In this document: one piece after another, positions 1 through 9,176 of the stretch | Layout of the letters: each line of letters starts with the position of its first letter | Position numbering within the stretch: position 1 is the stretch's first letter | Virus record (IMG/VR): IMGVR_UViG_3300018065_000015 | Coordinates: 1 to 64,000 of that record | DNA length: 64,000 nt | Source: an uncultured virus (IMG/VR IMGVR_UViG_3300018065_000015) | Taxonomy: Duplodnaviria; Heunggongvirae; Uroviricota; Caudoviricetes | Strand: one strand, 5' to 3' | Made by a program: the position numbers and the translations under genes | The notes under the pieces: generated by a model | What the model saw: the letters and a program-made list of their open reading frames with translations, nothing else | The model's database searches: none | Told to the model about the DNA's origin: nothing

Positions 1-417
1 GGCGACGCGCTGCTGGCGATCGGTCGAGAGTACGGTAAGATGCTAGACACTGATCCGAACATCCCGTATCTGGCCCCGCGCTTTCTATCGCTGGCCGATC
101 GGCGTTGGTTCAGTATCAGTGGACTGGATACGCACTTCACGTTGCAACACGGTGACGTGACCGAGCAGATGCCACCGACGTTTGAGGGCATATCATATGA
201 CCTCGGCCAACCGACGCTGATGGAATGGCGCCGGATAGTTATGGAGAACCAGGAACATGGCCCTCTCGCAGCAGATGAAGCAGATCCTTCTCGACCCGGA
301 GACATCAGCGACGGTCCTGTTGATCGCCGCGAGCGACCTGCTCGGCCCGGAGTGGCTGAACTGGGACCCGATGACGATCCGGATGGAGATGCAGGAGGAG
401 TTGGGATCCCCGCTTAA
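1..417 (+). CDS. Hypothetical protein, 5'-truncated by window edge
   Basis: Open frame from base 1 to stop at 417; the 3' part overlaps the next gene. Confidence 0.5.
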   Translation, partial: GDALLAIGREYGKMLDTDPNIPYLAPRFLSLADRRWFSISGLDTHFTLQHGDVTEQMPPTFEGISYDLGQPTLMEWRRIVMENQEHGPLAADEADPSRPGDISDGPVDRRERPARPGVAELGPDDDPDGDAGGVGIPA

Positions 418-970
418 GGAGCCTTCTTTCAACAAGCTCCTGGCAGCGAGGGAACTCGTAACGACCGATGGGTTTTACACTAACCTTCCGGACTTCATCC
501 GACTCTGCAACGCCCTCTACAACGGTAGCGTCAGTCCGCATGCGTTTGACCCCGCAGACGCAGGGGAAATTGCGTGGGCTATTACTGAATCTCTCCTTAT
601 CTGGCCACCCGATCCGAATGAAGAAGAACCATTCACTGATCAGATACTTGAGTACATCGGTAAGACGCTAGATGAAGAGGGCATTATGACTCCTCCCGAC
701 GTCTTGCGGCTCGGCATCTTGAACGAGCAGACGTGGGAGAAGGTGCAGGCGACCTACTCAGACGATCCGTCGATGTTCAACGCGATCTACGACAAAGAGC
801 GTGAGAAGACCGACGAGATCAACGCCGTGGTGAAAGCCCGGCTGCGGCGCCTGCTGGAGACGCTGGACGCCCTGCCGTTGCGAGACGGCGACGCCACCGA
901 CTCCGTTAAGCGTATGCTTGGGGCAATTCAATCCAAAGAAGAAGAGGGCAGCAAACTCAAACCGATTTGA
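257..970 (+). CDS. Hypothetical phage protein (237 aa)
   Basis: Long ORF with typical codon usage and an upstream AGGA RBS. Confidence 0.75.
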   Translation: MALSQQMKQILLDPETSATVLLIAASDLLGPEWLNWDPMTIRMEMQEELGSPLKEPSFNKLLAARELVTTDGFYTNLPDFIRLCNALYNGSVSPHAFDPADAGEIAWAITESLLIWPPDPNEEEPFTDQILEYIGKTLDEEGIMTPPDVLRLGILNEQTWEKVQATYSDDPSMFNAIYDKEREKTDEINAVVKARLRRLLETLDALPLRDGDATDSVKRMLGAIQSKEEEGSKLKPI

Positions 971-996
971 GTCTTGGCTGTCCGTCGGAGGACAGC

Positions 997-2319
997 ATGC
1001 CCAGAATGCCCGAAACGTCTGATAGTGACTACACGGCTATCACACCAGACCTACGTGAACGGCGGCAAAGGCGCGGGCGCCGAACCGCCGAGACCATCGA
1101 CCAGGAGCGGCTGCGGTCCATTGGTAACGACCGCAGCTGGATTCGCAACGAGGCCTGGCGCGCACCGACTCCAGTAGTCTTCAACGCCAACTACTCGTTC
1201 GTTCGCGTGCTGTCGCACGTAACGCACACCGCTACATCTATGTCGGACTACGGTGGACGATACGTTTCGGCGAGGAGTAGCGACGGCAACTACGAGTGGG
1301 ATGCCACCGTAGGAGACGTCATCCTGGCGTGCTATCATCATCGACGCATGGCCGAGGAGATGCGACTGTATGTTGCGCTGCCGGATTCGTTGACATACCA
1401 CGTCAATACCGGCAAGATCATGCGCGAGACTGGTTGGCATCGCCTGATGCGTCCGATCGCGCGCAGCTGGCTCGCCATGCTACCCATCCACCGAATCGTC
1501 CGTGCCTGCATTGAAGGGACAACCGAGATTGATGCCGCGGTCGCGCTATCGTCCGACATGTCACGTGACGACACGGCAGCGCTACGCAACGCACGTGCAC
1601 ATTTGCAGGAAATCCTCGCAGAAGCACTGCGTGCACCGGAGGACAGCTTCGAACGACTGATTCAGATGCAGTTCGAGGACCTTCGGCACCGGCTGATGTA
1701 CATGACGGGTCAGAACCGGGAGTTCATCATGTCGGCGCTCCAGAGTCACTACAATCGCGATTTTCCGTCGCGCTCACGCGCCATGGATGACATCCGCGAT
1801 ATGCTGCGCAACTGCGAGATCGACGGGGTTGCCGGCAACCTGACGCGTCGTGTACGCCACGACGCCAACGACTGCCGCGCGCTGGTACTGATGCTCGAGG
1901 GCTGCCTCGGGGTCGTCCAGGCGGAGCACCGTCGCCAGGCGTGGGTTGAGGACATCATCACGCGACTCGACGGGTGGCCCCACACCACCGGAGGCGTGAA
2001 CAACCTAGTGGCCGATATGGATCTGTACGACGTGCTCGACGCAGCCAACGGCCTAATACAAAGCGAGGAATTCGTAGCTATCTCGCGAGACGGCACGCTA
2101 CAACGCCAAGAAAACCCGGATGTGGATGAAGCACTTGGCGCTGTCAGACGTGTACTCGCCGATCGCTACGGTCTCGACCGCAGCAGGAGTCAGATCCGTG
2201 CTGCATTGCAAGACGTCTTCGACGAACGCGGAGGAGACGCAGAGGAACCGCAAGGTCCTGTTACAAGTGAAAGACGTCCAAGAGGAGTACGTTTAGACAG
2301 GAGAGATGATGGCGACTAA
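997..2319 (+). CDS. Hypothetical helical protein with C-terminal ERRPRGVRLDR tag
   Basis: ORF 967..2319; GGAGG RBS before ATG 997. Confidence 0.75.
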   Translation: MPRMPETSDSDYTAITPDLRERRQRRGRRTAETIDQERLRSIGNDRSWIRNEAWRAPTPVVFNANYSFVRVLSHVTHTATSMSDYGGRYVSARSSDGNYEWDATVGDVILACYHHRRMAEEMRLYVALPDSLTYHVNTGKIMRETGWHRLMRPIARSWLAMLPIHRIVRACIEGTTEIDAAVALSSDMSRDDTAALRNARAHLQEILAEALRAPEDSFERLIQMQFEDLRHRLMYMTGQNREFIMSALQSHYNRDFPSRSRAMDDIRDMLRNCEIDGVAGNLTRRVRHDANDCRALVLMLEGCLGVVQAEHRRQAWVEDIITRLDGWPHTTGGVNNLVADMDLYDVLDAANGLIQSEEFVAISRDGTLQRQENPDVDEALGAVRRVLADRYGLDRSRSQIRAALQDVFDERGGDAEEPQGPVTSERRPRGVRLDRRDDGD

Positions 2320-4012
2320 ATTCGCTCAGTCCTTCATGTCGAAGATCGACTCTGGATCGTCTGTCATTTGGGTGTACTTGTCTGGCGACGAGGGCCGCGC
2401 AGAGCGAGCCCTGAAAGAGATCGCTGCCGAGTATACCAGGCAGACGCCTGTTGATCTGCGATGGTACAGCTGGAACTGTGTGACGGGAGCCAGCTGGAAT
2501 ACGAAGTGTATCGACCCGTTACAAGCATTGCAGGAGGCTGCTTCCCAGAAGCTGCCAGGGGACGGCCTGATTCTCATGAAGGATCTTGGCTCGTATCTCA
2601 ACGGCCAGGGGCAGAAGAACCTGCAACTACGAAGAGCGCTCATGGAGATTTGCATCGACAACGCGCTCAGCAACGACAAGAGAACGCGACCTATCGTCAC
2701 ACTGGCCAACACGCCAGTCCCTCACGCCGATATTGCGGAGTACTGCGACGTCATCGACTTCGAGCTCCCGCGATACGACGAGATGAAGAAAGACGTGTTC
2801 GACTTCATCGTTGGCTCCGCCGCACGGAGCAATAAAGGTAAGAAGAAGACAACTGTGGATGCAGAGCTGGAAGAAAAGATCATCCGCTCGATGCTCGGAA
2901 CGACCTCCGAAGAAGCACAGCGCATCTTTGCGTACGCGTGTGCTGTGAGTGGGGGCGTCAACGAGCAGTGTCTGGACATCATCGCCGCCGAAAAGGCGAA
3001 GGTGATCCGGAAGGTGGAGGGTCTGCGCTTCATTCCGCACGAGAAGATCCCGAACGCCGATCAGATCGGTGGCTTCAAGACCTTCTTGTCGTGGCTGCGT
3101 AAGCGCGCTCGTGCCTACACCCAGCACGCCCAAACTGTCGGGCTGGAGCTCCCACGGGGCTCGGTCCTGATCGGGCCTGCGGGTACGGGCAAGACACTGG
3201 TGGCGAAAGCCGCGGCCAAGATGCTTGGGCTGGACCTGGTGCTGATGGACATCGGCAGCATGTTCGACAAGTATGTCGGCGGATCGGAAGCGAAGATCCG
3301 TTCTGCCCTCCAAATGGTCGCAGCCATGCCGAACGCCCTGCTCATGATCGACGAGATCGACAAGGCTTTCGGCGGCGCCCACGAGAACCAGGCTGCGGAC
3401 AGCGGCGTGGCGTCTCGGGTGTTGAGCTACTTCCTCAACTGGCTGAGCGAGCGGGACATGGCGTCCGATTCTGACGCCCGTACGTTCGTCATGGTCACGA
3501 TGAACCGAACGGCTGGGGTTCCCGATGAACTCCTGCGTGCCGGACGATTCGATCGGGTGTGGTCCACGGACCTGCCGGACCAAGACGAGCGGCTCGAGAT
3601 CCTCAGCATCCACCTGGACCGGCGCAACTGCGACTCGGCCCACTACGGAAAGTCACTGCGTACAGTGGTGACCGGCACCGACCAATACACCGGCGCAGAG
3701 CTGGAAGAGATCGTGATCAGCGCTCGCAATGACGCCTACGACGACCGTATGTCGAAGTGGGAGGACGCGGGCAAGAAGGGCGACCCGCCCGACGCTGAAG
3801 CGATCCGTCCGACTGCCGAAGAGCTTCTTGCCGCTGCGAGAGAAATCACGCCGGTAGCGAAGATCAACGCAGATGCTGTCGCCGCTATCAGAAAATTCTG
3901 CCAGGAGAACACCTACCCGGTCAACGGGGAACGCGTTCACAATACTGGCCGCAAGTCGCGGAAGGTCTCCACCGAGAGAGCCGCCACGGCTGCAGACCCC
4001 TCCTCCAACTAG
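2306..4012 (+). CDS. AAA+ ATPase, Ycf46/CDC48-like (degenerate N-terminal AAA plus active C-terminal AAA)
   Basis: Walker A GPAGTGKT, Walker B LMIDEIDK, KYVGGSE pore-loop region, second region of homology PDELLRAGRFD. Confidence 0.9.
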   Translation: MMATKFAQSFMSKIDSGSSVIWVYLSGDEGRAERALKEIAAEYTRQTPVDLRWYSWNCVTGASWNTKCIDPLQALQEAASQKLPGDGLILMKDLGSYLNGQGQKNLQLRRALMEICIDNALSNDKRTRPIVTLANTPVPHADIAEYCDVIDFELPRYDEMKKDVFDFIVGSAARSNKGKKKTTVDAELEEKIIRSMLGTTSEEAQRIFAYACAVSGGVNEQCLDIIAAEKAKVIRKVEGLRFIPHEKIPNADQIGGFKTFLSWLRKRARAYTQHAQTVGLELPRGSVLIGPAGTGKTLVAKAAAKMLGLDLVLMDIGSMFDKYVGGSEAKIRSALQMVAAMPNALLMIDEIDKAFGGAHENQAADSGVASRVLSYFLNWLSERDMASDSDARTFVMVTMNRTAGVPDELLRAGRFDRVWSTDLPDQDERLEILSIHLDRRNCDSAHYGKSLRTVVTGTDQYTGAELEEIVISARNDAYDDRMSKWEDAGKKGDPPDAEAIRPTAEELLAAAREITPVAKINADAVAAIRKFCQENTYPVNGERVHNTGRKSRKVSTERAATAADPSSN

Positions 4013-4022
4013 GAGATTTGCA

Positions 4023-4445
4023 TTGAGCCACATGACTCGACGCAAAAGCGCTATCAAGGACGCCGCGGCCTTGAAAAAAGCGTGCGACAAGATTCCCGGC
4101 GCACAATATATGGGCGTCGCCAAGGGCAAAGGCGGTGGCATGCGCAACAAGCACGGCCACCAAGTCCAACTGCCCGGTTGGCGATACCCTGTAACGATCG
4201 ATCAGACCACTGGGGAATGTTCGTTCGACAACTACAACGGCTCTTGGGGTAAAGAGAAAGAACTCGACAACCTCAAGCAGCAGTACGGGGTCGAAGCTGC
4301 CAAAGCCAAGGCGGAAGCCGAAGGCGCTACCGAGATGGAAGAACTGAAACTGGACGACGGCTCGATCAAGCTGGTCATCCCCATCGGGGGCGGTGACTAC
4401 GCGGTCGAAGGCGACGGCGGCGGAGGTGATGGCTGGGACGTCTAG
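4023..4445 (+). CDS. DUF1257-like protein
   Basis: TTG start after AGGAG; N-terminus MSHMTRRKSAIKDAAALKKAC and FDNYNGSWG...LKQQY resemble DUF1257 proteins that accompany Ycf46-like ATPases. Confidence 0.7.
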   Translation: MSHMTRRKSAIKDAAALKKACDKIPGAQYMGVAKGKGGGMRNKHGHQVQLPGWRYPVTIDQTTGECSFDNYNGSWGKEKELDNLKQQYGVEAAKAKAEAEGATEMEELKLDDGSIKLVIPIGGGDYAVEGDGGGGDGWDV

Positions 4446-4456
4446 TCCTGCCAATT

Positions 4457-4472
4457 TTATTCACGAGAACAA
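4457..4472. promoter_or_regulatory. TTATTC-N4-GAATAA palindrome, copy 1 (TTATTCACGAGAACAA)
   Basis: One-mismatch copy of a motif seen six times; lies just upstream of ATG 4486. Confidence 0.6.
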
Positions 4473-4485
4473 GATTGGAGAACAA

Positions 4486-4695
4486 ATGCCTATCACCGGA
4501 CCCCGCATCGAGATTACGGTCTCTCCCAAGGGAGAAGCAACGACCGCAGTTTTCGGCGTCCAAGGCGGCAGCTGCCGCGCCCTGACCGAAGGTTACGAGA
4601 ACCTGTTCGGTGAGGTTGAAGAAACCCTCGACACCGCAGAGGCTTACGAAGATCCCGAGGAAATCGAGATCAAGGGTGAGCAAAAGGGCGGTTAA
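4486..4695 (+). CDS. DUF2997-like small protein
   Basis: IEITVSPKGEATTAVFGVQGGSCRALT...TAEAY pattern; synteny with the AAA ATPase and DUF1257-like gene. Confidence 0.7.
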   Translation: MPITGPRIEITVSPKGEATTAVFGVQGGSCRALTEGYENLFGEVEETLDTAEAYEDPEEIEIKGEQKGG

Positions 4696-4702
4696 CTGAA
4701 AT

Positions 4703-4917
4703 AAGTCCCAGGACGAGGATGAACGGGCAGCAGCTCCGGAGGCGACGGCCTCCAACAGGAGTTGGGCGTGCCCTCTGCCTTACACCCACGTGACGCGCAC
4801 GTAGTTGTGTCGGTGTGAGTGTCTGGACGGGAGCCGGGGTGTTGGATACATGCCAAAGTGTGAGCCCATCATAGCCGCACACGGCCCAGCTTAAAGGGGA
4901 AGCCGGCCCTGGGACTT
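4703..4917 (+). ncRNA. Candidate structured RNA closed by a 10-bp helix
   Basis: AAGTCCCAGG (4703-4712) is the reverse complement of CCTGGGACTT (4908-4917); several internal hairpins; intergenic. Confidence 0.5.
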
Positions 4918-4938
4918 TTACTATTCAAGGAGGACGAC

Positions 4939-5328
4939 ATGCCAAATGTCGAAATCGTCATTGAGGGAGACGGCACAGTTCGTCATCTGGTTGATGCCAA
5001 CTCTGAGCGCATCGGCCAGGCTATTGCTGGCGAGAAGATTGATACTCGCCGCGCCTCGCACGTGGAGACGTGGTCGAGTCTCACTGACGACGCTAAGAAG
5101 CTGCTTCTGGAGACGCGACTGGTTCGTTTGAAGAATGGCGTGCCCCACGCACGCGTCTTCGGGTCGACCCGGATCGTGGACATCCAGAACTACTTCTGGG
5201 CGGATCTTACGCCATGCAACGGCCCCATCCAGGGACCGTTTGTAAACTACGAGCAGGCCATTGGTTCTGAAATCAAATGGCTTCAATCACAAAACCTGCC
5301 CATGCCGAAGGAAGACAATGCCGACTGA
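4939..5328 (+). CDS. Hypothetical protein (AAA module-associated)
   Basis: AGGAGG RBS; VEIVIEGDGTV N-terminus, RRASHVE and WADL..GP motifs. Confidence 0.75.
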   Translation: MPNVEIVIEGDGTVRHLVDANSERIGQAIAGEKIDTRRASHVETWSSLTDDAKKLLLETRLVRLKNGVPHARVFGSTRIVDIQNYFWADLTPCNGPIQGPFVNYEQAIGSEIKWLQSQNLPMPKEDNAD

Positions 5329-6433
5329 CGGCGAAGCCTACGAAGGCGGACAGCTTTTACAACACATCTCGCGACACGTTTTTATCGTGATGCTACACGT
5401 CTCGTGGCCGCGGTTGAGCTTCAAGATCGACAACGCCAAAGTGTCGGTCCCTGCCAACGGCGGTAGCCAAGACAAGGAGAAGGAGGTTCAGGAGAAGTAC
5501 CGGACAGACCCGAAGTTCAAGTTCTGTCCTGAGGACTGGAGCAAACGCCTCGGCAACCTCGAGTACCGCGCCCGAACACGCCTCTCAAACGCATCCATCA
5601 AGTTTGCCACGCGCGGAATGGCTGTGCTACCAGTCACCCGTGCCGCTGACGTGTTCTCTGGATTCCGTACGCTCCGCGAGGAGCTGATGGGCTATCAGGA
5701 GGACTTCGTCAGCGACTACGAGCAGATCTTGGCGGATCTAAAAGATGACCTCGCAGTTGAGGTCTACGACCAAGCCTCCGGCAAGATGCCGAGTAAGCAG
5801 GAAATCGCAACGAAATTCGGGCTTACTTGGGCGATCGTGCCTGCTGGTGGCGGCAGCAACATCAACGGTGAGCAGATCGATTTGCTGCGCAGCATCCTCC
5901 GAAGGGCGCTGCCAAACGCAAACGACATACTCGCCGTCGATATCGAGGAGGCGTCGCTCATGCTCGACCAGATCGAGTCGCAGCTGACCTCGTCGGCGAT
6001 CACCGACGAAGAGGCGGCTGAGCTGATCGGCGAGGCGCGTGAGCAGATGAACAAGTTCACCGAGCAGATGCTCGAGGACATGGCTCGCGAACCGCGCCAA
6101 CTGCTGGTCGACGCGACTGATAACCTGATGGAGGCTCTCACAGATCCCAAACGCATAGTACAGAACGGCACCATCGCACAGGTCGAGCGCGCCTTCGAAA
6201 TGGTCGAAGGCTTCTCATTCCTGGCCGGCGATGAGCTGCTCGCTGAAATCAAGCGAGTGCGTTCGCGGCTGAACGAGCACGAAGTCAAACAGCTGAACTC
6301 GGATGCCGAGATCGGGGCCAAGCTGGCCGCCGGTTTGCAAGGCGTGCGAGACGAGGCTGCCAATGCGCGGTCCGCTGCGACCGCCGTACGGCAGTTCCGC
6401 GGAATCCGTTTCCGGGAAACCGCTGACACGTAA
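5318..6433 (+). CDS. DUF3150-like helical protein with C-terminal RQFRGIRF tag
   Basis: Long helical ORF at the end of the AAA/DUF1257/DUF2997 cluster; family call tentative. Confidence 0.6.
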   Translation: MPTDGEAYEGGQLLQHISRHVFIVMLHVSWPRLSFKIDNAKVSVPANGGSQDKEKEVQEKYRTDPKFKFCPEDWSKRLGNLEYRARTRLSNASIKFATRGMAVLPVTRAADVFSGFRTLREELMGYQEDFVSDYEQILADLKDDLAVEVYDQASGKMPSKQEIATKFGLTWAIVPAGGGSNINGEQIDLLRSILRRALPNANDILAVDIEEASLMLDQIESQLTSSAITDEEAAELIGEAREQMNKFTEQMLEDMAREPRQLLVDATDNLMEALTDPKRIVQNGTIAQVERAFEMVEGFSFLAGDELLAEIKRVRSRLNEHEVKQLNSDAEIGAKLAAGLQGVRDEAANARSAATAVRQFRGIRFRETADT

Positions 6434-6513
6434 CAAACAGGTGTGCCGCGGGTGGTTTTACTATTGCTTGCCCATTTCCCCACCCGCGGCCTCCTTTTCC
6501 TATAGGAGATACT

Positions 6514-6990
6514 ATGTCCACAGCAAAGAACCTGATTCAGATGCGCACGCAGTTGGCGCACATCTCGCTGCCGGTAAGCCAGAAGGCAAAAACAGCAGCA
6601 CTGCGGCTTGGAGCTGCACTCTGGGACGTTGTGCCCACACTGCCGGTCGACATATCGTACGGCGGGACTGGCCAGGTAACGCTCGAGATCGAGCTTACTG
6701 GCGGAACCGTAGGCACGGTGGAGATCGATGCCGAGGGGTACTTCTACGTGGACACCGGAACGCCCGACGAAGGTCTGGCACTCGACATCCTGATGTTCCT
6801 CGACAGGGAGACAGGCGATGGCGAAAGCCACGAAGAAGAAGGCACCAGTCAAACGGACGGGCAAGAAGAAGCGCCCGGCCCCAAAGAAGGTGCAGATCAA
6901 AAAGAAGGCCAAGGTCAAGATGACCCGGCTCAAGAAGAAGGTAGCCAAGAAGAAGGTCAAGAAGAAAGCAAAGATGCCGACACGCAGTAG
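6514..6990 (+). CDS. Hypothetical protein with acidic tail overlapping the next gene
   Basis: AGGAG RBS, ATG 6514. Confidence 0.6.
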   Translation: MSTAKNLIQMRTQLAHISLPVSQKAKTAALRLGAALWDVVPTLPVDISYGGTGQVTLEIELTGGTVGTVEIDAEGYFYVDTGTPDEGLALDILMFLDRETGDGESHEEEGTSQTDGQEEAPGPKEGADQKEGQGQDDPAQEEGSQEEGQEESKDADTQ

Positions 6991-7354
6991 TGCGGTGAAG
7001 TACACCTTCAAGAACGGGGTCAAGCACGGCTCCGACGGAAGTACGGCGTACCCATCCAAATGCAAAGAGTCCACATCGTCGAACGGGCTGACCAAGTACC
7101 TGACGATCCTGTGGACCGATGACACACTCTCCTGCGACTGTCGCGGGTGGGCGATCCTCAAGAAGGATTCTGCTGGTAATCCCAAGCCCCGCACGTGCAA
7201 ACACTGCAAGGCATCGGAGGCCAGCGACTACGACGACATGACCGCTGTCGATCAGTTCCAGCCGGGCACGGCCAACGCGCCGCGCAGCACGCAGCTGGAT
7301 CTCAGTGACGAGCGTCAATGGCGGGGCATTCGTTTCCGCAATACCGAAGACTAG
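6818..7354 (+). CDS. Lys-rich N-terminus plus SWIM-type zinc-finger protein
   Basis: AKATKKKAPVK... histone-like tract; LSCDCRGW...TCKH SWIM signature; C-terminal RQWRGIRF. Confidence 0.7.
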   Translation: MAKATKKKAPVKRTGKKKRPAPKKVQIKKKAKVKMTRLKKKVAKKKVKKKAKMPTRSSAVKYTFKNGVKHGSDGSTAYPSKCKESTSSNGLTKYLTILWTDDTLSCDCRGWAILKKDSAGNPKPRTCKHCKASEASDYDDMTAVDQFQPGTANAPRSTQLDLSDERQWRGIRFRNTED

Positions 7355-7442
7355 CACCAACCCAGTCGATTGAATTTGGACCTGCTGTCGAAGCCACGTT
7401 GGCCAGACGGCGGTCCTTCCGTCAATCGACAGGAGGTGCTTC

Positions 7443-8138
7443 GTGCTTCAGCCCGGTAACTCTAAACTGGGTAACATTCATACATTCAGTCTCCCACCGT
7501 GCATCACTTGCCCTGGTGAGACAGAAGTGTGTGCTGCAAACTGCTACGGAAAGAAAGGTCACTTCCGCCGCTCCAACGTGAAGAGCAGCCACGCTGCGAA
7601 CCACAAGGCGGTGAAGAAGGACAATTTCGTAAGCAAGATGGTGGATGAAATCCAGCGGAAGAACGTCAAGACGCTGCGGATCCACGTCACGGGCGACTTC
7701 TTTGACGCCCCATACATCCGCAAGTGGATTGCCGTTGCCGAACAGTGCCCGGACGTGACGTTCTACGCGTACACCCGGTCCTGGCGCATCAAGCGATTGA
7801 TGCCCGCACTGACCGATTTCAACGCGCTGCCCAACACCAAGTTGTGGTGGTCGGTTGATGAGGACACCCACGAGATCGACGGCAAGCCGCCGACCCTCAA
7901 GGGCGTTCGGTCCGCCTACATGCAGACCTCTGACGACGAAGTTGTCCCTGCCTACTGCGACATGGTGCTGCGTACCAAGCGCGCCACGCTCGTACGGTTC
8001 ACCAGCGGCCGCCTCGTGTGCCCTGGCGAGAACGGGATGACGTACAAAAGAAAAATGACGTGCGAGCGCTGCCGCATTTGTCAGACTGACAAGAAGGTGC
8101 CCCGCAAGGCTCGCACCCGGAAAAAGGTGAATGCCTAG
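7443..8138 (+). CDS. Gp88-like protein (paralog 1)
   Basis: GNSKLG...FSLP..TCPG....C...CY, LRIHVTGDFFD, FYAYTRSW motifs; GGAGG RBS, GTG start. Confidence 0.8.
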   Translation: MLQPGNSKLGNIHTFSLPPCITCPGETEVCAANCYGKKGHFRRSNVKSSHAANHKAVKKDNFVSKMVDEIQRKNVKTLRIHVTGDFFDAPYIRKWIAVAEQCPDVTFYAYTRSWRIKRLMPALTDFNALPNTKLWWSVDEDTHEIDGKPPTLKGVRSAYMQTSDDEVVPAYCDMVLRTKRATLVRFTSGRLVCPGENGMTYKRKMTCERCRICQTDKKVPRKARTRKKVNA

Positions 8139-8922
8139 AAGACCACGCGACCTCCGAAAGGAGCCGCATTGGGAAGAGCATATCGGTGATTACTTCGGTA
8201 ACGTCGAAGGATGGGTCGCAGAAAATACCCTCCAACGCTGGGCACAGACCAGCGGCTCCTTCCCGATCCGGCCCTATCTCGGAAGCATAATCGCTATCTC
8301 ACCGGAAAAGAAAGAGTACATCAACGGCGCCGCCTTTTGGCGCCACGACATCATCGCCGATGCGTGGCGCGGCCCTTTCAATATGGGCGGCGCGTTGATG
8401 CTACTCACAGCAGATCCGGGAACACTGTCCGGCCGAGTAAAAGATAACAACATAATCGGCCGGTGGTACGGCAATCGTGTGACGACCGCCTGGCGGTACA
8501 CGAAATTGCAACCCCGCAACGGCGAGCACTCCAACGACTGGCTCGACGCCGTGCGTAACAACCACAAGGACATCAGTTGGGATGTCAAAATGTTCATGAA
8601 CGTACAGCTTACGGGCTTGACGCCGTACGCCAAGACGCCGAATGACTTCCGCAGGATCATCAACGCGATGTTCCAGCCGCTCATCACGGATTACACGTGG
8701 ATGGACGACGGTCATCTATGGGCGCTGCGGGATGCGTGTGAACAGATGCCGAAAGGCACATGGAAAAAGATGCGTGAATGGCTACTACGCCAGAAGCTAT
8801 CTGACGAGGCGCGACTGGCGCTCGGTGGTCGGCCCGGCCGGCTCGCCGAAAATCAAACGCCAGCGGAGAATCGTAAGTTTCGCAAGGTCAACATCGAACG
8901 AACGGAAGGAACTTCGGAATGA
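8131..8922 (+). CDS. Hypothetical protein with C-terminal NRKFRKVNI tag
   Basis: ORF coupled to both neighbours. Confidence 0.7.
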   Translation: MPRRPRDLRKEPHWEEHIGDYFGNVEGWVAENTLQRWAQTSGSFPIRPYLGSIIAISPEKKEYINGAAFWRHDIIADAWRGPFNMGGALMLLTADPGTLSGRVKDNNIIGRWYGNRVTTAWRYTKLQPRNGEHSNDWLDAVRNNHKDISWDVKMFMNVQLTGLTPYAKTPNDFRRIINAMFQPLITDYTWMDDGHLWALRDACEQMPKGTWKKMREWLLRQKLSDEARLALGGRPGRLAENQTPAENRKFRKVNIERTEGTSE

Positions 8923-9140
8923 CGCAGATCGTATTCAGCGTCATCTGCATGGTCTCGATTGCGCTGTGGCTGCTGCTGGTCGTAAGCGTTGCGATCGCAG
9001 CGGAGACGCTCAAGAAGGTCTCGGATGACTTCAGCAGAATTCGGACCGCGGAACGGATGAAGGTGTGTCTCACGAGGCTATGTATGCCCGTGACGTTTGC
9101 TATTCTTTTGGTCTGGGCATTGTTATGTCCATACCTATAA
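8919..9140 (+). CDS. Small two-TM membrane protein
   Basis: Two hydrophobic segments; ATGA overlap with the upstream stop. Confidence 0.6.
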   Translation: MTQIVFSVICMVSIALWLLLVVSVAIAAETLKKVSDDFSRIRTAERMKVCLTRLCMPVTFAILLVWALLCPYL

Positions 9141-9176
9141 ACCGGCGGATCATCCGCCCAAACAAGGAGCTGTGCT

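Noticed and set aside
5764..7209. 481-aa minus-strand ORF
   Set aside because: Antisense shadow of well-supported plus-strand genes; such shadows are common in high-GC DNA.
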